Origin: Candidatus Latescibacterota bacterium | GTDB taxonomy: Bacteria; Latescibacterota; UBA2968; UBA8231 | Length of the DNA stretch: 64,000 bases | Reading direction: 5' to 3' | NCBI GenBank assembly: GCA_965223905.1 | Contig: CBDCXV010000001.1 | Span: 704,001-768,000, forward strand | Shown: piece after piece, positions 15,826 through 26,302 of the stretch | Numbering within the stretch: position 1 is the first letter of the stretch | Layout of the letters: every line of letters starts with the position of its first letter | Program-made: the position numbers and the translations under genes | Notes under the pieces: generated by a model | Databases searched by the model: none | What the model was told of the DNA's origin: nothing | What the model saw: the letters and a program-made list of their open reading frames with translations, nothing else

Positions 15826-17999
15826 GCGAGTGGCTGGATATCGATGCCGGCTGGAACGGCAGCAGGCTCCTCCTCCTCGCCGTGCCGCCGCTGCTGGCGT
15901 TCGCGTACTGGGTCTACTCCAGGACGCTGCCGGCCCCTTCGAGAGGCAGAGCATGGCTTCTCCGCGTTCTCAGGGGGATCGTCCTCCTCGCCTGCCTGCT
16001 GCTGATCGCCGATCCCTTTCTCGACATCGCGCGCAAGCGGGCGGTGCGCCCCGTCTTGGCGGCGCTGCTCGACAGGAGCCGCAGCATGGAGGTCACTGCG
16101 GGCGGGGACTCGAGGATCTCCAGGGCCCTCGGCCTGCTGCGCGGCGACGGGTTTTCCAGGCTCAGGCGCACGATGCGGGTCGAGCCGCTCGCCTTCGCCG
16201 GGGATGCGGAACCGGTCTCCCTCGATACCGTCGCCGCCACGCGCGGGGAGGCTACCGACATCTCCGGGGCCTTGAGCGCGGCCGTCGAGGGCCGCACCGG
16301 CCCGGACGAGGTTTCCGCGATCCTGCTGCTGTCGGACGGCGCGCACAATTCCGGGGCCGATCCGGTAGCCGTGGCGGAGGAGCTGGGGGTGCCGGTATAC
16401 GCCGTGGCTATCGGCGCCGAGTCGGAGCAGCCCCGGGATATCCAGGTGCTGTCCGCGGAGGCACCCGCCGCGGCATTCGTCGGCCAGCCGTTCCCGGTCC
16501 GCGTCGAGGTGCGCGGCTGGGGTGCCGGCGAACCAGTGACCCTGAGATTGAGCGAGAACGGCCGGGAGCTGGCCGCCGTAGAGGCCTCCATCCCCCCCGG
16601 CGGCCAGCCCGGGTTCTTCGAGCTCAGCCATGTCCCCGAGGCGGCCGGACCCAGGCTCTACGAGGTCTCCCTGCCGGCGCTGCCGGGCGAGTTCACGCGC
16701 GCCAACAACCGCCTCCTGCTGCCGGTGACCGTGCAGCGGGACCGGGTTCGCGTGGAGATCCTGGCGGGGGCCCCGGGACCGGAGCTGACCTTCCCCCTGC
16801 GCGCCCTGCAGGCGGACTCGACGCTGGCGGTGAACGCCGCGGTGCTCAGGAACGAGAGCGAGTTCTACGAGGGCCTTTCCTTCGCAGGGGCGGGGGAGAG
16901 GATCGCGGCCGCGGACGTACTCTTCCTGGTGGATCCGCCGCGGCTGCTCCTCGAGCGCCTCGCCGGGGCGATCACGCGGCACCTGGAAGGCGGGAGCGGC
17001 CTGCTGATGGTGGTGGGCCCCGGGAGCCTCGAGGGCTGGGAGGGCGGCTCACAGGCGGCTCGCTGGCTGCCCCTGTCGGTCCCGCGCGGGGCCGCGTTGG
17101 CGGCCGGGCCCGCGGCAGTTGCGGTTGCCGCAGCCGGGCGCAATCATCCGGTTCTGCTGGTGGGGTCGGGAGCGGCCGGCCGCGCGAACCGCTCCGGACC
17201 TCGGGATCTTTCCGTATCGATATGGCCGCGGCTGCCGCCCATCGCCGGCCTCGTCCCGGGCCTGAAGCCGAAGGCGGGCAGCGAGGTGCTCCTCGATTCC
17301 GGCGGCGTCCCGGTGGTCGCCTGGGGAATGCACGCCGGCGGCAGGGTGATTGCCGCCTGCGGCAGCGGCTTCTGGAGACTGGACTTCGCCGCCGCGGGTG
17401 CGGGGGAAACTCCGGAGACGATCCGCGAGTTCTGGAGAAACGCGGTCAAGTGGCTGGCCGAGGCGCGGTCCGCCGGCAGGGTGCGGGCCGCCCCGGAACG
17501 GCCGGTGTACCGCAGCGGGGAGGAGGTCGCCGTGTACGTGACGGTCTTCGACGAGCTGATGCGGCCCCTGCCCGGCGCCGAGGTCACCGCCGCGGTCCGA
17601 GGGCAGTCACGGCAGGTCCTGCAGCCGCAGGGGGACGGGCGCCACCGGGGGGCGTGGACGGGACTCGGGGTCGGCACACATACCGTAACCGCGGAGGCCA
17701 GTTGGCACGGGGAGACGGTCGGCAGGGATTCCGTGGAGTTCGTCGTCGACGCCTACTCTCTGGAGTCTTCCGACGTTCGGCCCGACCACCGCCTGTTGCG
17801 CCGGGTGGCCGCGGCGAGCGGAGGGGAATTCCTGACAGCCGAGGACTGGGACGCCGCGGTCGAGCGCCTCGAGACGCCGCCGCGCCTGGTTTCGGAGACC
17901 ACGAGGTTCGAGCCGTGGGGCAGCCCCTGGGTTCTGGGGGTGCTGGTAGCCGCGCTCGCGGCCGAGTGGGTGCTGCGCAAGCGCGGCGGCATGCTGTGA
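15822..17999 (+). CDS. Membrane-anchored VWA-domain protein with Ig-like and class-I GATase-like regions
   Basis: ATG 15822 overlaps the tsaD stop. Two N-terminal TM helices, MIDAS elements LLDRSRSM, TDISGAL and LLSDG, and a C-terminal TM helix ending EWVLRKRGG. Confidence 0.8.
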   Translation: MSEWLDIDAGWNGSRLLLLAVPPLLAFAYWVYSRTLPAPSRGRAWLLRVLRGIVLLACLLLIADPFLDIARKRAVRPVLAALLDRSRSMEVTAGGDSRISRALGLLRGDGFSRLRRTMRVEPLAFAGDAEPVSLDTVAATRGEATDISGALSAAVEGRTGPDEVSAILLLSDGAHNSGADPVAVAEELGVPVYAVAIGAESEQPRDIQVLSAEAPAAAFVGQPFPVRVEVRGWGAGEPVTLRLSENGRELAAVEASIPPGGQPGFFELSHVPEAAGPRLYEVSLPALPGEFTRANNRLLLPVTVQRDRVRVEILAGAPGPELTFPLRALQADSTLAVNAAVLRNESEFYEGLSFAGAGERIAAADVLFLVDPPRLLLERLAGAITRHLEGGSGLLMVVGPGSLEGWEGGSQAARWLPLSVPRGAALAAGPAAVAVAAAGRNHPVLLVGSGAAGRANRSGPRDLSVSIWPRLPPIAGLVPGLKPKAGSEVLLDSGGVPVVAWGMHAGGRVIAACGSGFWRLDFAAAGAGETPETIREFWRNAVKWLAEARSAGRVRAAPERPVYRSGEEVAVYVTVFDELMRPLPGAEVTAAVRGQSRQVLQPQGDGRHRGAWTGLGVGTHTVTAEASWHGETVGRDSVEFVVDAYSLESSDVRPDHRLLRRVAAASGGEFLTAEDWDAAVERLETPPRLVSETTRFEPWGSPWVLGVLVAALAAEWVLRKRGGML

Positions 18000-18197
18000 C
18001 TCCCGCCCGCCCGGATGCGGATTTCGGCCGTCCTGCTTAACTTTCAGGGTGCCGCACATCCCCTTGTCCCCATCCCCGGGGACCCGCGGCGCGACCCCCG
18101 CCACCTGCGTCTTCCGCCAGGTTCTCTCCCCGTTCCGGGCTGCGAGGAATTCGCATCCCCTCCCCCCACCCGACTTTCATCGACGGAGTAGTGCGGA

Positions 18198-20726
18198 ATG
18201 GCCACAACCGCGGATCGCTTTGTCTCCGAAAAAAAGCGAGCTCATGTCAGCGGCGTTTTGCTGGCCGCCCTCGGCATCTTCCTGCTGATCAGCCTGGCGA
18301 CCCATTCGGATTTCGACGCCCCGACCTCGAGCCGGATACGGGCGGAGAGCTTCAACTGGGGAGGCAGAATCGGCGCCTGGTTTTCCTACGCGGCCCTCAA
18401 CGCCGTCGGCTACGCCGCCTACGTGCTGCCGGCCCTGGGTCTGCTGTGGGGGTGGCACCGGTCCACGGGGCTGCCTCTGCGCATCGCGCTGATGCGTTCG
18501 GGGGGCCTGATGGGATTGGCGCTGATCGCCAGCGTCGCCTCCGGCCTGCCGCACTACTCGCGCTACACGGCATTCGAGATCGGCGGATGGTTCGGTACCG
18601 AGATCAGCGCCCGCCTGCTCATCCCCTACATCGGCCGCCCCGGCTCCATCGTGCTGCTGTCGGCGCTTCTGGTCGCTTCCCTCCTGGTCGGCACGGACAT
18701 CAGGAGGCGTCACTGCCTGGCCCCGTTCAAGGCCTTGGGGACGGCGCTGAAAACCATTGGCAGGTGGTTATTGCGCCCGAGGCGCCGCCCGCCCCCCTAC
18801 GCGAAGGTCGAGACCGCCCCCGGGACGCAAGCGGCACCCGTGCCGGAAAGCCGGCAGCTGACGGAACCTTTGCCCCGGGTACCCCGTCAGGGAAAAAACC
18901 GGGCAGGCGAAGACCCGGTGCCGGGGCAGGCTCCGGTCGAGGAGCGCGCCCCTGAGCCGGTTGGGGAGAGCGCGGTGGAGCCGGTTCCCGAGCCTCCCTC
19001 CGAGCCGGTCGTCGTCGAGCCCGCAGCCTCGTCCAACGGCGATGGCCCCCAACCCGAGGGCCGCAGGAGATCGGCGGCGGCCGCCTCGAACGGCGAACGA
19101 GCCGCCCAGCCTCCCTCTGGAAAGAGGTCCGGCAAGGCCCCGGCACCGCAGCCGGCAAAGGGGGAATCCGCTGTTGCCGCGGCGTCGCCCCCGGCGAGGA
19201 GCGCCCCGATGGTTGCCGTGGAGTCGGATGCCCCATCGAAAGCAGGCGGTGCCTACCGGATTCCGTCCATCGACCTGCTCGATCCGACGCCGCGCGAGCG
19301 CGGCGGCATGGAGCGCGACCAGTTTCTGGAGAACGCCAAGCTGCTCGAGGAGGCGATGGGGGACTTCGACGTCACCGGGAAAGTCACCCAGGTCAGTCCC
19401 GGGCCGGTGGTCACCCGCTACGAGGTGGAGCCGGCTCCCGGAGTCAAGGTCAACCGCATCGTCACCCTGTCGGACGACCTCGCCCGCGTCATGAGCGCCA
19501 AGGGGATCCGCATTCAGGCGCCGGTTCCCGGCAGATCGGTGGTCGGCGTGGAGATCGCAAACCAGAAGCAGGAGACCGTCTACCTGCGGGAGATCGTCGA
19601 GTCGGAGGAGTTCCGCAACTGCACCGCCACGCTGCCCATGGCCCTGGGGAAGACCATTTCCGGAGAGCCCCTGATCGCCGATCTCGCGCGCATGCCCCAC
19701 CTGCTGGTCGCCGGCGCCACCGGTTCCGGCAAGAGCGTCTGCATCAACAGCCTGGTTTCGAGTATCCTCTTCAAGGCCACGCCGGATCAGGTGCGCCTGC
19801 TGATGGTGGACCCGAAGGTCGTCGAGCTCACCGTGTACAACGACATCCCGCACCTCCTCGTGCCGGTGGTGACCGAGCCGAAGAAAGCCTCCGAGGCGCT
19901 CAAGTGGGCGGTCGCCGAAATGGAGTCGCGCTACCAGCTCCTGGCCAAGCTGAGCGTGCGCCACCTCGCCGACTACAACCGCAAGGTGGAGAACCTGGCC
20001 GACGACGAGGTCGCCCCGGACGACCGGCCCAGGACCCTGCCCTATATCGTCGTCGTCGTCGACGAGTTCGCGGACCTGATGATCACGGCGCCGGCCGACG
20101 TCGAGACGTCGCTGATGAGCCTGGCGCAGAAATCGAGAGCGGTGGGAATCCACATCATCCTGGCGACCCAGCGCCCCTCGGTAAACGTGATCACCGGGGT
20201 CATCAAGGCGAACTTCCCGTCGCGCATCGGCTTCCAGGTGGCCTCGAAAACCGACTCGCGCACCATCCTCGACATGAACGGCGCCGAGCGCCTGCTGGGC
20301 AGGGGGGACATGCTCTACCTGCCCGGGGGACAGGGGGAACCGATACGGATTCACGGCGCCTTCATTTCCGGCGAGGAGACCGAGCGGCTGGTCGCCTCGA
20401 TCCAGTCCTGCCAGTACGAGGCGGAGGAGGTCGAGATCTTCTTCGGCCGTTCCGATTTCGAGGCCGAAGCCGACGAACGGGACGAGCTGTTCGACGAGGC
20501 GGTGCGCACAGTCATCGTGCACCAGCAGGCCTCGACCTCCTTTCTGCAGCGGCGCATGAAAATCGGATACTCCCGGGCCGCCCGCCTGATGGACGAGCTG
20601 GAGGCCGCAGGCATGGTCGGGCCCGCATCGGGAGCCAGGCCGCGCCAGATTCTGGTCGAGGACCAGGGGCCGAGCCTCGCCGAGGCCGCCGCGGCCCTGG
20701 ACGAAGAAGAGGAGGCGGCAGGATAG
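18198..20726 (+). CDS. ftsK: DNA translocase FtsK
   Basis: N-terminal 4TM region, Pro/Ala-rich linker, MPHLLVAGATGSGKS, VVDEFADLM, LATQRPSV, and gamma domain STSFLQRRMKIGYSRAARLMD. Confidence 0.97.
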   Translation: MATTADRFVSEKKRAHVSGVLLAALGIFLLISLATHSDFDAPTSSRIRAESFNWGGRIGAWFSYAALNAVGYAAYVLPALGLLWGWHRSTGLPLRIALMRSGGLMGLALIASVASGLPHYSRYTAFEIGGWFGTEISARLLIPYIGRPGSIVLLSALLVASLLVGTDIRRRHCLAPFKALGTALKTIGRWLLRPRRRPPPYAKVETAPGTQAAPVPESRQLTEPLPRVPRQGKNRAGEDPVPGQAPVEERAPEPVGESAVEPVPEPPSEPVVVEPAASSNGDGPQPEGRRRSAAAASNGERAAQPPSGKRSGKAPAPQPAKGESAVAAASPPARSAPMVAVESDAPSKAGGAYRIPSIDLLDPTPRERGGMERDQFLENAKLLEEAMGDFDVTGKVTQVSPGPVVTRYEVEPAPGVKVNRIVTLSDDLARVMSAKGIRIQAPVPGRSVVGVEIANQKQETVYLREIVESEEFRNCTATLPMALGKTISGEPLIADLARMPHLLVAGATGSGKSVCINSLVSSILFKATPDQVRLLMVDPKVVELTVYNDIPHLLVPVVTEPKKASEALKWAVAEMESRYQLLAKLSVRHLADYNRKVENLADDEVAPDDRPRTLPYIVVVVDEFADLMITAPADVETSLMSLAQKSRAVGIHIILATQRPSVNVITGVIKANFPSRIGFQVASKTDSRTILDMNGAERLLGRGDMLYLPGGQGEPIRIHGAFISGEETERLVASIQSCQYEAEEVEIFFGRSDFEAEADERDELFDEAVRTVIVHQQASTSFLQRRMKIGYSRAARLMDELEAAGMVGPASGARPRQILVEDQGPSLAEAAAALDEEEEAAG

Positions 20727-20734
20727 CCGCGGCA

Positions 20735-21400
20735 ATGCTCCTTCCTGCGCTGCTGGCCAGCCTTCTGGCGCTGTCCGCCGCCGCTCCGGCCGCCGCCGTT
20801 ACCGGGGCGGAAGTGATCGAGCGCATGCACAAGCGGCTGGCGAAATCGAAGAGCTTCTCCGCCCGTTTCGAGAAGAGCTTCTACTGGGCGGTCCTCGACA
20901 AGCGGCTCACCCAGAGCGGCCGCATCTACACGCGCAAGCCGGGGAAGTTCCGCGTCGAGATGGGTGAGGACGTCGTTGTCGCCGACGGGCGCTCGATCTG
21001 GGCCTACACCGAGCAGAACAACCAGGTGATCGTCAGCGACTACGACGCCGACCTGCAGACTCCGTGGGAGATCCTCGTCGACTACACCGAGACCTTTTCC
21101 CCGGTTTCGATCTCGGAGACCGAGCTGTCGGGGCGCTCCTGCTACGCCGTCGTCCTGCAGCCGCGGCGCCAGGGGGCCGCGGGGGAAGGAGGGCGCATCG
21201 AAAGGATGGAGGTCTGGGTGGACAAGAGGCGCTGGCAGCTGCTGCAGATCGAGCAGCTGGAGGATAACGGCGATCTGCGCACCTACCTTCTCGCGGATCA
21301 CAAGATCGACAAGAAGCTTGAAGACGGCTTGTTCCTCTTCGAGGCCCCGTCCGGTGTCGACGTGATCGACCGCCGAACCCCCGGTACACCGGCACCCTGA
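20735..21400 (+). CDS. lolA: Outer-membrane lipoprotein carrier LolA-like protein
   Basis: Signal peptide from ATG 20735, SFSARFE...SGRIYTRKPGKFRVE...VVADGRSIWAY...NQVIV, C-terminal F.F..P.GVDVID, and the conserved ftsK-lolA synteny. Confidence 0.88.
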   Translation: MLLPALLASLLALSAAAPAAAVTGAEVIERMHKRLAKSKSFSARFEKSFYWAVLDKRLTQSGRIYTRKPGKFRVEMGEDVVVADGRSIWAYTEQNNQVIVSDYDADLQTPWEILVDYTETFSPVSISETELSGRSCYAVVLQPRRQGAAGEGGRIERMEVWVDKRRWQLLQIEQLEDNGDLRTYLLADHKIDKKLEDGLFLFEAPSGVDVIDRRTPGTPAP

Positions 21401-21503
21401 CTGGGTATTCTGTCCCATCAATTTCTCTTCTCGCCATTTTTCCTCCGATCCATTGAGGGGAATCGCGGTCCTGCGGAAGCGCCGCAGCGGACCGGTAAGC
21501 GGA

Positions 21504-23195
21504 ATGCTTCTTCTTCTCAACGCCCGGCGGTCGCTGTTCCTCTTTTTTACGGCTCTGCCAATGGCGTCGGCAGCGGTCTTCGGGGATTCCGTCCCGCCCG
21601 TTGAAAGCGTCTGGGTGTTCCTGCGCGACAAGCCCGCAGGGGACCGGCGTCTCGAGTGGCCCCGCCCGGAGACGCTGTTGTCCTCGGCGCGGCTCGATCT
21701 CGACGTCGACGGCGGGTACATCGACGCCATTCGGGCGACCGGCGCGGCCGTCCGCACCTGTTCGCGCTGGTTCAACGCCGTCAGCGTCGACGCCACCCCG
21801 GAACAGATGGAGCGCCTCGCCGCCCTTCCCTTCGTGCGCGAAACAGCACCGGTACGCCGAGCGGGGCGGGACCCGCTGCCCGGGCCCGGTGCCCCCCAGG
21901 CCTCGGCCAAAGCGGCCGGGAACGGGTACGGCCCGGGATTCGAGCAGCTCTCCAGCATCGGGGTCGTGGCCCTGCACAACCAGGGATTCACCGGGGAGGG
22001 GATCCGCATAGCCCTGCTCGACGCCGGTTTTCCCGACCGCGATAACCGGGCCTTCGCGCATCTCGACGTCGTTGCCGAGCGCGATTTCGTCAGCGGGGCC
22101 GCCGGGGACAGCGCTCCCGGGGAGGCGGGCCCGCCGAGGCGCGGGAGCAACCACGGTACGCAGGTGCTGTCGGTGCTGGCCGCCCGGGATCCGGGGCACC
22201 TGATCGGCGCCGCCCCCGACGCCCAGTACCTGCTGGCGACGACGGAGGAAATCGAGCGGGAGCTGCCGCACGAGGAAGACTTCTGGGTCGCCGGGCTCGA
22301 GTGGGCCGACAGCCTCGGTGCCGACGTCGTCAACTCGTCGGTGGGGTACAACGAATTCGAGGACGGTACCGGGTACAGCTACGAAGAGCTCGACGGGCGC
22401 ACGGCCCTGACCACGATCGCGGCCGAGATTGCCGTCTCCCGGGGCATCGTCGTCGTCGCCGCGGCCGGCAACGAGGGGGACAAGCCCTGGCGCTACGTCA
22501 CCGTGCCCGCGGACGGGCCCAACGTGATCGCCGTCGGCGCCGTCGGCCTCGTGCAGCAGGAGATCGCCCCTTTCAGCTCCAGGGGGCCGACCGCGGACGG
22601 CCGCATCAAGCCGGACGTCGTCGCGCCCGGCACCAGCATCGTCGTCGTCGATACTACGCAGCAGCCGGAGGAGTCCTTCAGCGGCTACCGGCGCGCTCGC
22701 GGAACCTCCTTCGCCACACCCCTGGTCAGCGGAGCGGCCGCCCTCCTCAGACAGATCCATCCGGCCTGGACGCCGGCCGACGTCGCCGCGGCGCTCAAGG
22801 GAACGGCACTCGACCTGGGGGAGAGCGGCCCCGACACCACCTACGGCTGGGGACTGGTCGACGCCCTGGCCGCCAGCGGGGTCGAAATCGAGATGCCGCA
22901 GCGCAGCCTCGCCCTCGCCCCGTTTCCCAATCCCCTGAATTACCGCGGCGCCCCGGAGGCGACGCTGTTCTTTCCGCTCGAGCTCGCTTCCCCCGATGAA
23001 GTCGAAATCAGCATTTTCACCGCCGCGGGACAGCTCGTCGGCCTGGCGAGCCAGCGCTTGGAAGCGGGCCGCTACACACGAAAGGAACAGGCCCTGCGCT
23101 GGCGTGCACCTGCGCATCTGGCAAGCGGAATCTATCTTTACAGGCTGCAGGGAGGGGGGCTGTTGCAGAGGGGGAAGATCGCCCTCGTCAGGTAG
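21504..23195 (+). CDS. S8 (subtilisin-like) serine peptidase with T9SS-type C-terminal domain
   Basis: Catalytic motifs IALLDAG, HGTQV, AAGNEG and GTSFATPLVSG; tail PFPNP...ASGIYLYRL...KIALVR. The start is approximate. Confidence 0.9.
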   Translation: MLLLLNARRSLFLFFTALPMASAAVFGDSVPPVESVWVFLRDKPAGDRRLEWPRPETLLSSARLDLDVDGGYIDAIRATGAAVRTCSRWFNAVSVDATPEQMERLAALPFVRETAPVRRAGRDPLPGPGAPQASAKAAGNGYGPGFEQLSSIGVVALHNQGFTGEGIRIALLDAGFPDRDNRAFAHLDVVAERDFVSGAAGDSAPGEAGPPRRGSNHGTQVLSVLAARDPGHLIGAAPDAQYLLATTEEIERELPHEEDFWVAGLEWADSLGADVVNSSVGYNEFEDGTGYSYEELDGRTALTTIAAEIAVSRGIVVVAAAGNEGDKPWRYVTVPADGPNVIAVGAVGLVQQEIAPFSSRGPTADGRIKPDVVAPGTSIVVVDTTQQPEESFSGYRRARGTSFATPLVSGAAALLRQIHPAWTPADVAAALKGTALDLGESGPDTTYGWGLVDALAASGVEIEMPQRSLALAPFPNPLNYRGAPEATLFFPLELASPDEVEISIFTAAGQLVGLASQRLEAGRYTRKEQALRWRAPAHLASGIYLYRLQGGGLLQRGKIALVR

Positions 23196-23202
23196 CGCTC
23201 GC

Positions 23203-23709
23203 ATGAGAACAGCCATGACCAAGGGAAGCCGGAACAGCGTCCCGCGCTCGCGGTACCGAACCCTGAACCGCGTCGTGCTGATGTCCTGCGCCGTCTTTCT
23301 GCCCGTCTACCTGGCGATCCGCCTCACGGGTGGATCCGCGGAGAAGCTCCAGCTGCTTCCCGACCTGCTTGAGCGGGTGAAGAACCCGATCGCGTGGGAA
23401 GTCCCGCCCGACGGCGTCCGCCACCTCCATTATTTCAAGGGGGAGCCGGACGAGGGCAACAAGTTCGTCCTGGTGACCCTCCGCATGGAAGCGAGAATGA
23501 AAATCGGCTACCCGATCGAGCCGCGCTGTTTCCGCCTGGTCGACAGCGCCGATACCGTGTATTTCCCGCTGTCGAGATCGCCGCTGTTCATCGAGCGCGG
23601 GGTCGAGTTCCGGTTGGAAAGGGACGACGCGTTCGAAGGGGAGCTGTTGTTCGAAATTCCGCGCGACCGCGACTCCGTGAGGCTCCTGTACGACCGCTAC
23701 CAGGATTAA
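23203..23709 (+). CDS. DUF4352-like membrane-anchored Ig-fold protein
   Basis: N-terminal TM helix; GNKFVLVTL, FRLVDS..Y and GELLFEIP patterns. Confidence 0.6.
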   Translation: MRTAMTKGSRNSVPRSRYRTLNRVVLMSCAVFLPVYLAIRLTGGSAEKLQLLPDLLERVKNPIAWEVPPDGVRHLHYFKGEPDEGNKFVLVTLRMEARMKIGYPIEPRCFRLVDSADTVYFPLSRSPLFIERGVEFRLERDDAFEGELLFEIPRDRDSVRLLYDRYQD

Positions 23710-23846
23710 ACGGCCGCGGCCCCCGCGCCCCCGGGAATCGCGGCTGCCGTACCCGATTTATGGAATTTTCACCTTCGAGGGGAAACGCCCCGCCAGGACC
23801 GGCGTTCCGGTCACGGGATTTCCCCCATTCACACGGGAGAAGCGAC

Positions 23847-24954
23847 ATGCCTGGGCTGGAGGAAATCCTGACTGCGAGCAGAGAACGGATGGAACGGCTG
23901 CGGGGGTATCTTTGACTTCGACAACAAGAAACGGCAGCTCGCCGTAATCGAAGCGGAGATGGCCCGCGGCGACTTCTGGAGCGACAGAAAGAAGGCCGAG
24001 GCCATCACCCGGCAGTCGCGCGATCTCGAAGATCAGGTCAAGCCGTGGGAGGAGCTTGATCGGCAGCTGAGCGACCTCTCCGAGCTGCACGAGCTGGCCG
24101 CGGACGAAGGGGACGGCGAGGCCCTGGCGGAATTCGAGCAGGAAGCCGAGGACTTGGCGGTGCGGCTCGAGGATCTCGAGCTGCGCAACATGCTCGACGA
24201 CCCGGACGATTCCAAGGACGCCATCGTCGTCGTGCACTCCGGCGCCGGCGGCACCGAAGCCGCGGACTGGGCCGAGATGCTGATGCGGATGTACAGCCGG
24301 TGGATCGAACGCAGCGGCTTCCGCAGCCAGGTCATGGACCTGCAGCCGGCGGAAGAGGCCGGCATCAAGGGGGCGACCCTCGAGGTCACGGGCAAAAACG
24401 CCTACGGGTACCTCAAGGCGGAGGCCGGCGTTCACCGCCTCGTGCGCATCTCCCCGTTCGACGCCAACAAGCGGCGGCACACCTCGTTCGCGTCGATCTT
24501 CGTCTATCCCGAGGTGGACGAGATTCCCAACGTCGATCTCAAAGGGGACGAGCTCCAGTACGAGACCTTCAGGGCGGGGGGAGCCGGCGGCCAGCACGTC
24601 AACAAGACCTCCTCCGCAGTGCGGCTCACCCACCTCCCGACCGGGATCTCCGTGCAGTGCCAGAACGAGCGTTCGCAGTTCAAGAACAAGGCGACCGCCC
24701 TGAAGGTGCTGACGGCGCGGGTCTACCAGCACTTCAAGGAGGAGGAGGCGAGGAAGCAGGAAGCGGTCGAGAGCACCAAGAAGAGCATCGAGTTCGGCAG
24801 CCAGATCCGCAGCTACGTCCTCCATCCATACAACTTGGTCAAGGACCACCGAACCGGACATGAAACCGGCAACGTGCAGGCGGTGATGGACGGCCAGCTC
24901 GACGATTTCATCAGGGCATTTTTGATGGAAAAATCTCGATTGGGTTCAAATTGA
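23847..24954 (+). CDS. prfB: Peptide chain release factor 2, with programmed +1 frameshift
   Basis: Short first frame MPGLEE...RLRGYL ends at CTT TGA C (23910-23916). The +1 frame continues DFDNKK... and contains SPF and GGQ. Confidence 0.96.
23901..23916 (+). promoter_or_regulatory. prfB autoregulatory +1 frameshift cassette
   Basis: CGGGGG-TAT-CTT-TGA-C: internal SD-like element, 3-nt spacer and shift site. Confidence 0.93.
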
Positions 24955-25050
24955 CAGATCTTCGAAAATCCGATTCGGAAGCCACGGAGACTTTTGCATC
25001 AAACCTGACTCAGTCGAAGGAAGGGTGATCGCCCTGTGCGCAGGCATTAG

Positions 25051-26298
25051 ATGTCGTACGAGTTCTTCATAGCGAAGCGCTACCTGCAGTCCAAGCAGCA
25101 CACCGGGTTCATATCGGTGGTCGCCTTCATCGCCGTCGGCGGCGTCATCCTCGGGGTGGCTGCCCTCATCATCATGCTCTCGGTCACCAACGGGTTTTCC
25201 GGGGAGGTGAGGAACCGGCTTATCGGGATGAACGCGCACGTGTCCATCCACCGCTTCTACGGAGAGCCGATTCCCGCCTTCGAGGAGCTGATCGAACGCG
25301 CCTCGGCCGCCGAGGGGGTGGTTGCTGCGGCCCCGGTTGTCGAGGGCAAGGTGGTGGTCTCCGGCGGAAAGGGGGAGGACGGGCTCTTCGTCTGGGGGGT
25401 CGATCCTGTGAGTTTCGCCCGTGTCTCCGATCTCACCGAGCACCTGTACGACAGCGGGGGGGAGCTGCGACTCGGCGTTTTGCCGGGAAGCAAGTACCCG
25501 GGAATCGTTCTCGGCCGCCACCTCGCCGCCCGCCTGCGGGTGGGGATCGGCGACCAGGTGCTGCTGTGGACGCTCAGGGGTATGGAGCGGGACGACCTGC
25601 TGCGCGGCATCACGCCGCGCCTTGACCCCTTCGTGGTGACCGACCTGTTCGAAAGCGGCATGTACCACTACGACGACAACTTCGGGTTCATCTCCCTCGA
25701 CGAGGCCCGGCGCATCCTCGATCTCGGCGAAGCGGTCACCAACGTGCACCTGCGCGTCGCCGACCTCGACGAGGCGAGCGAAATTCGCAGCCGCCTCGAA
25801 CGGGAGTTCGGCTACCCCTACCGGATGACGGACTGGACCCAGCGCTTTCCCGAGCTGTTCGAGTGGATGGAGCTCGAGAAGTGGGTGATCTTCATCGCCC
25901 TCAGCCTGATCATCGTCGTTGCCGCTTTCAACATCATGTCCATTCTCAGCATGTCGATTCTGATAAAGACCCCGGAGATAGGAATTCTCCGCGCCATGGG
26001 AGCCAGGGCCGGGGGCATTCGCCGCATCTTCGTCTACCAGGGCGCCGTCATTGGCGGCTTCGGCACCGCGCTCGGCTGTCTCTGCGGTTTCGCCGTCTGC
26101 TGGGTGCAGGCGCGCTTCGAGATCATCTCCATCCCGAGCGACATCTACATCATCAGCTCGCTGCCCGTCGACATGAAGTGGTCGGACTTCGTCGTGGTGT
26201 CGCTGGTCAGCCTGGGCATCTGCCTGCTGGCCTCCGCGTTCCCGGCTCGCCGGGCGGCATCCCTGCAGCCGGTCGCCGCCATTCGCCATATCGCCTGA
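25051..26298 (+). CDS. Lipoprotein-releasing ABC transporter permease LolC/E
   Basis: FIAKRYL, GVAALIIMLSVTNGF, LIIVVAAFNI, EIGILRAMGA, FPARRAASLQP. Confidence 0.92.
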   Translation: MSYEFFIAKRYLQSKQHTGFISVVAFIAVGGVILGVAALIIMLSVTNGFSGEVRNRLIGMNAHVSIHRFYGEPIPAFEELIERASAAEGVVAAAPVVEGKVVVSGGKGEDGLFVWGVDPVSFARVSDLTEHLYDSGGELRLGVLPGSKYPGIVLGRHLAARLRVGIGDQVLLWTLRGMERDDLLRGITPRLDPFVVTDLFESGMYHYDDNFGFISLDEARRILDLGEAVTNVHLRVADLDEASEIRSRLEREFGYPYRMTDWTQRFPELFEWMELEKWVIFIALSLIIVVAAFNIMSILSMSILIKTPEIGILRAMGARAGGIRRIFVYQGAVIGGFGTALGCLCGFAVCWVQARFEIISIPSDIYIISSLPVDMKWSDFVVVSLVSLGICLLASAFPARRAASLQPVAAIRHIA

Positions 26299-26302
26299 GG
26301 CC

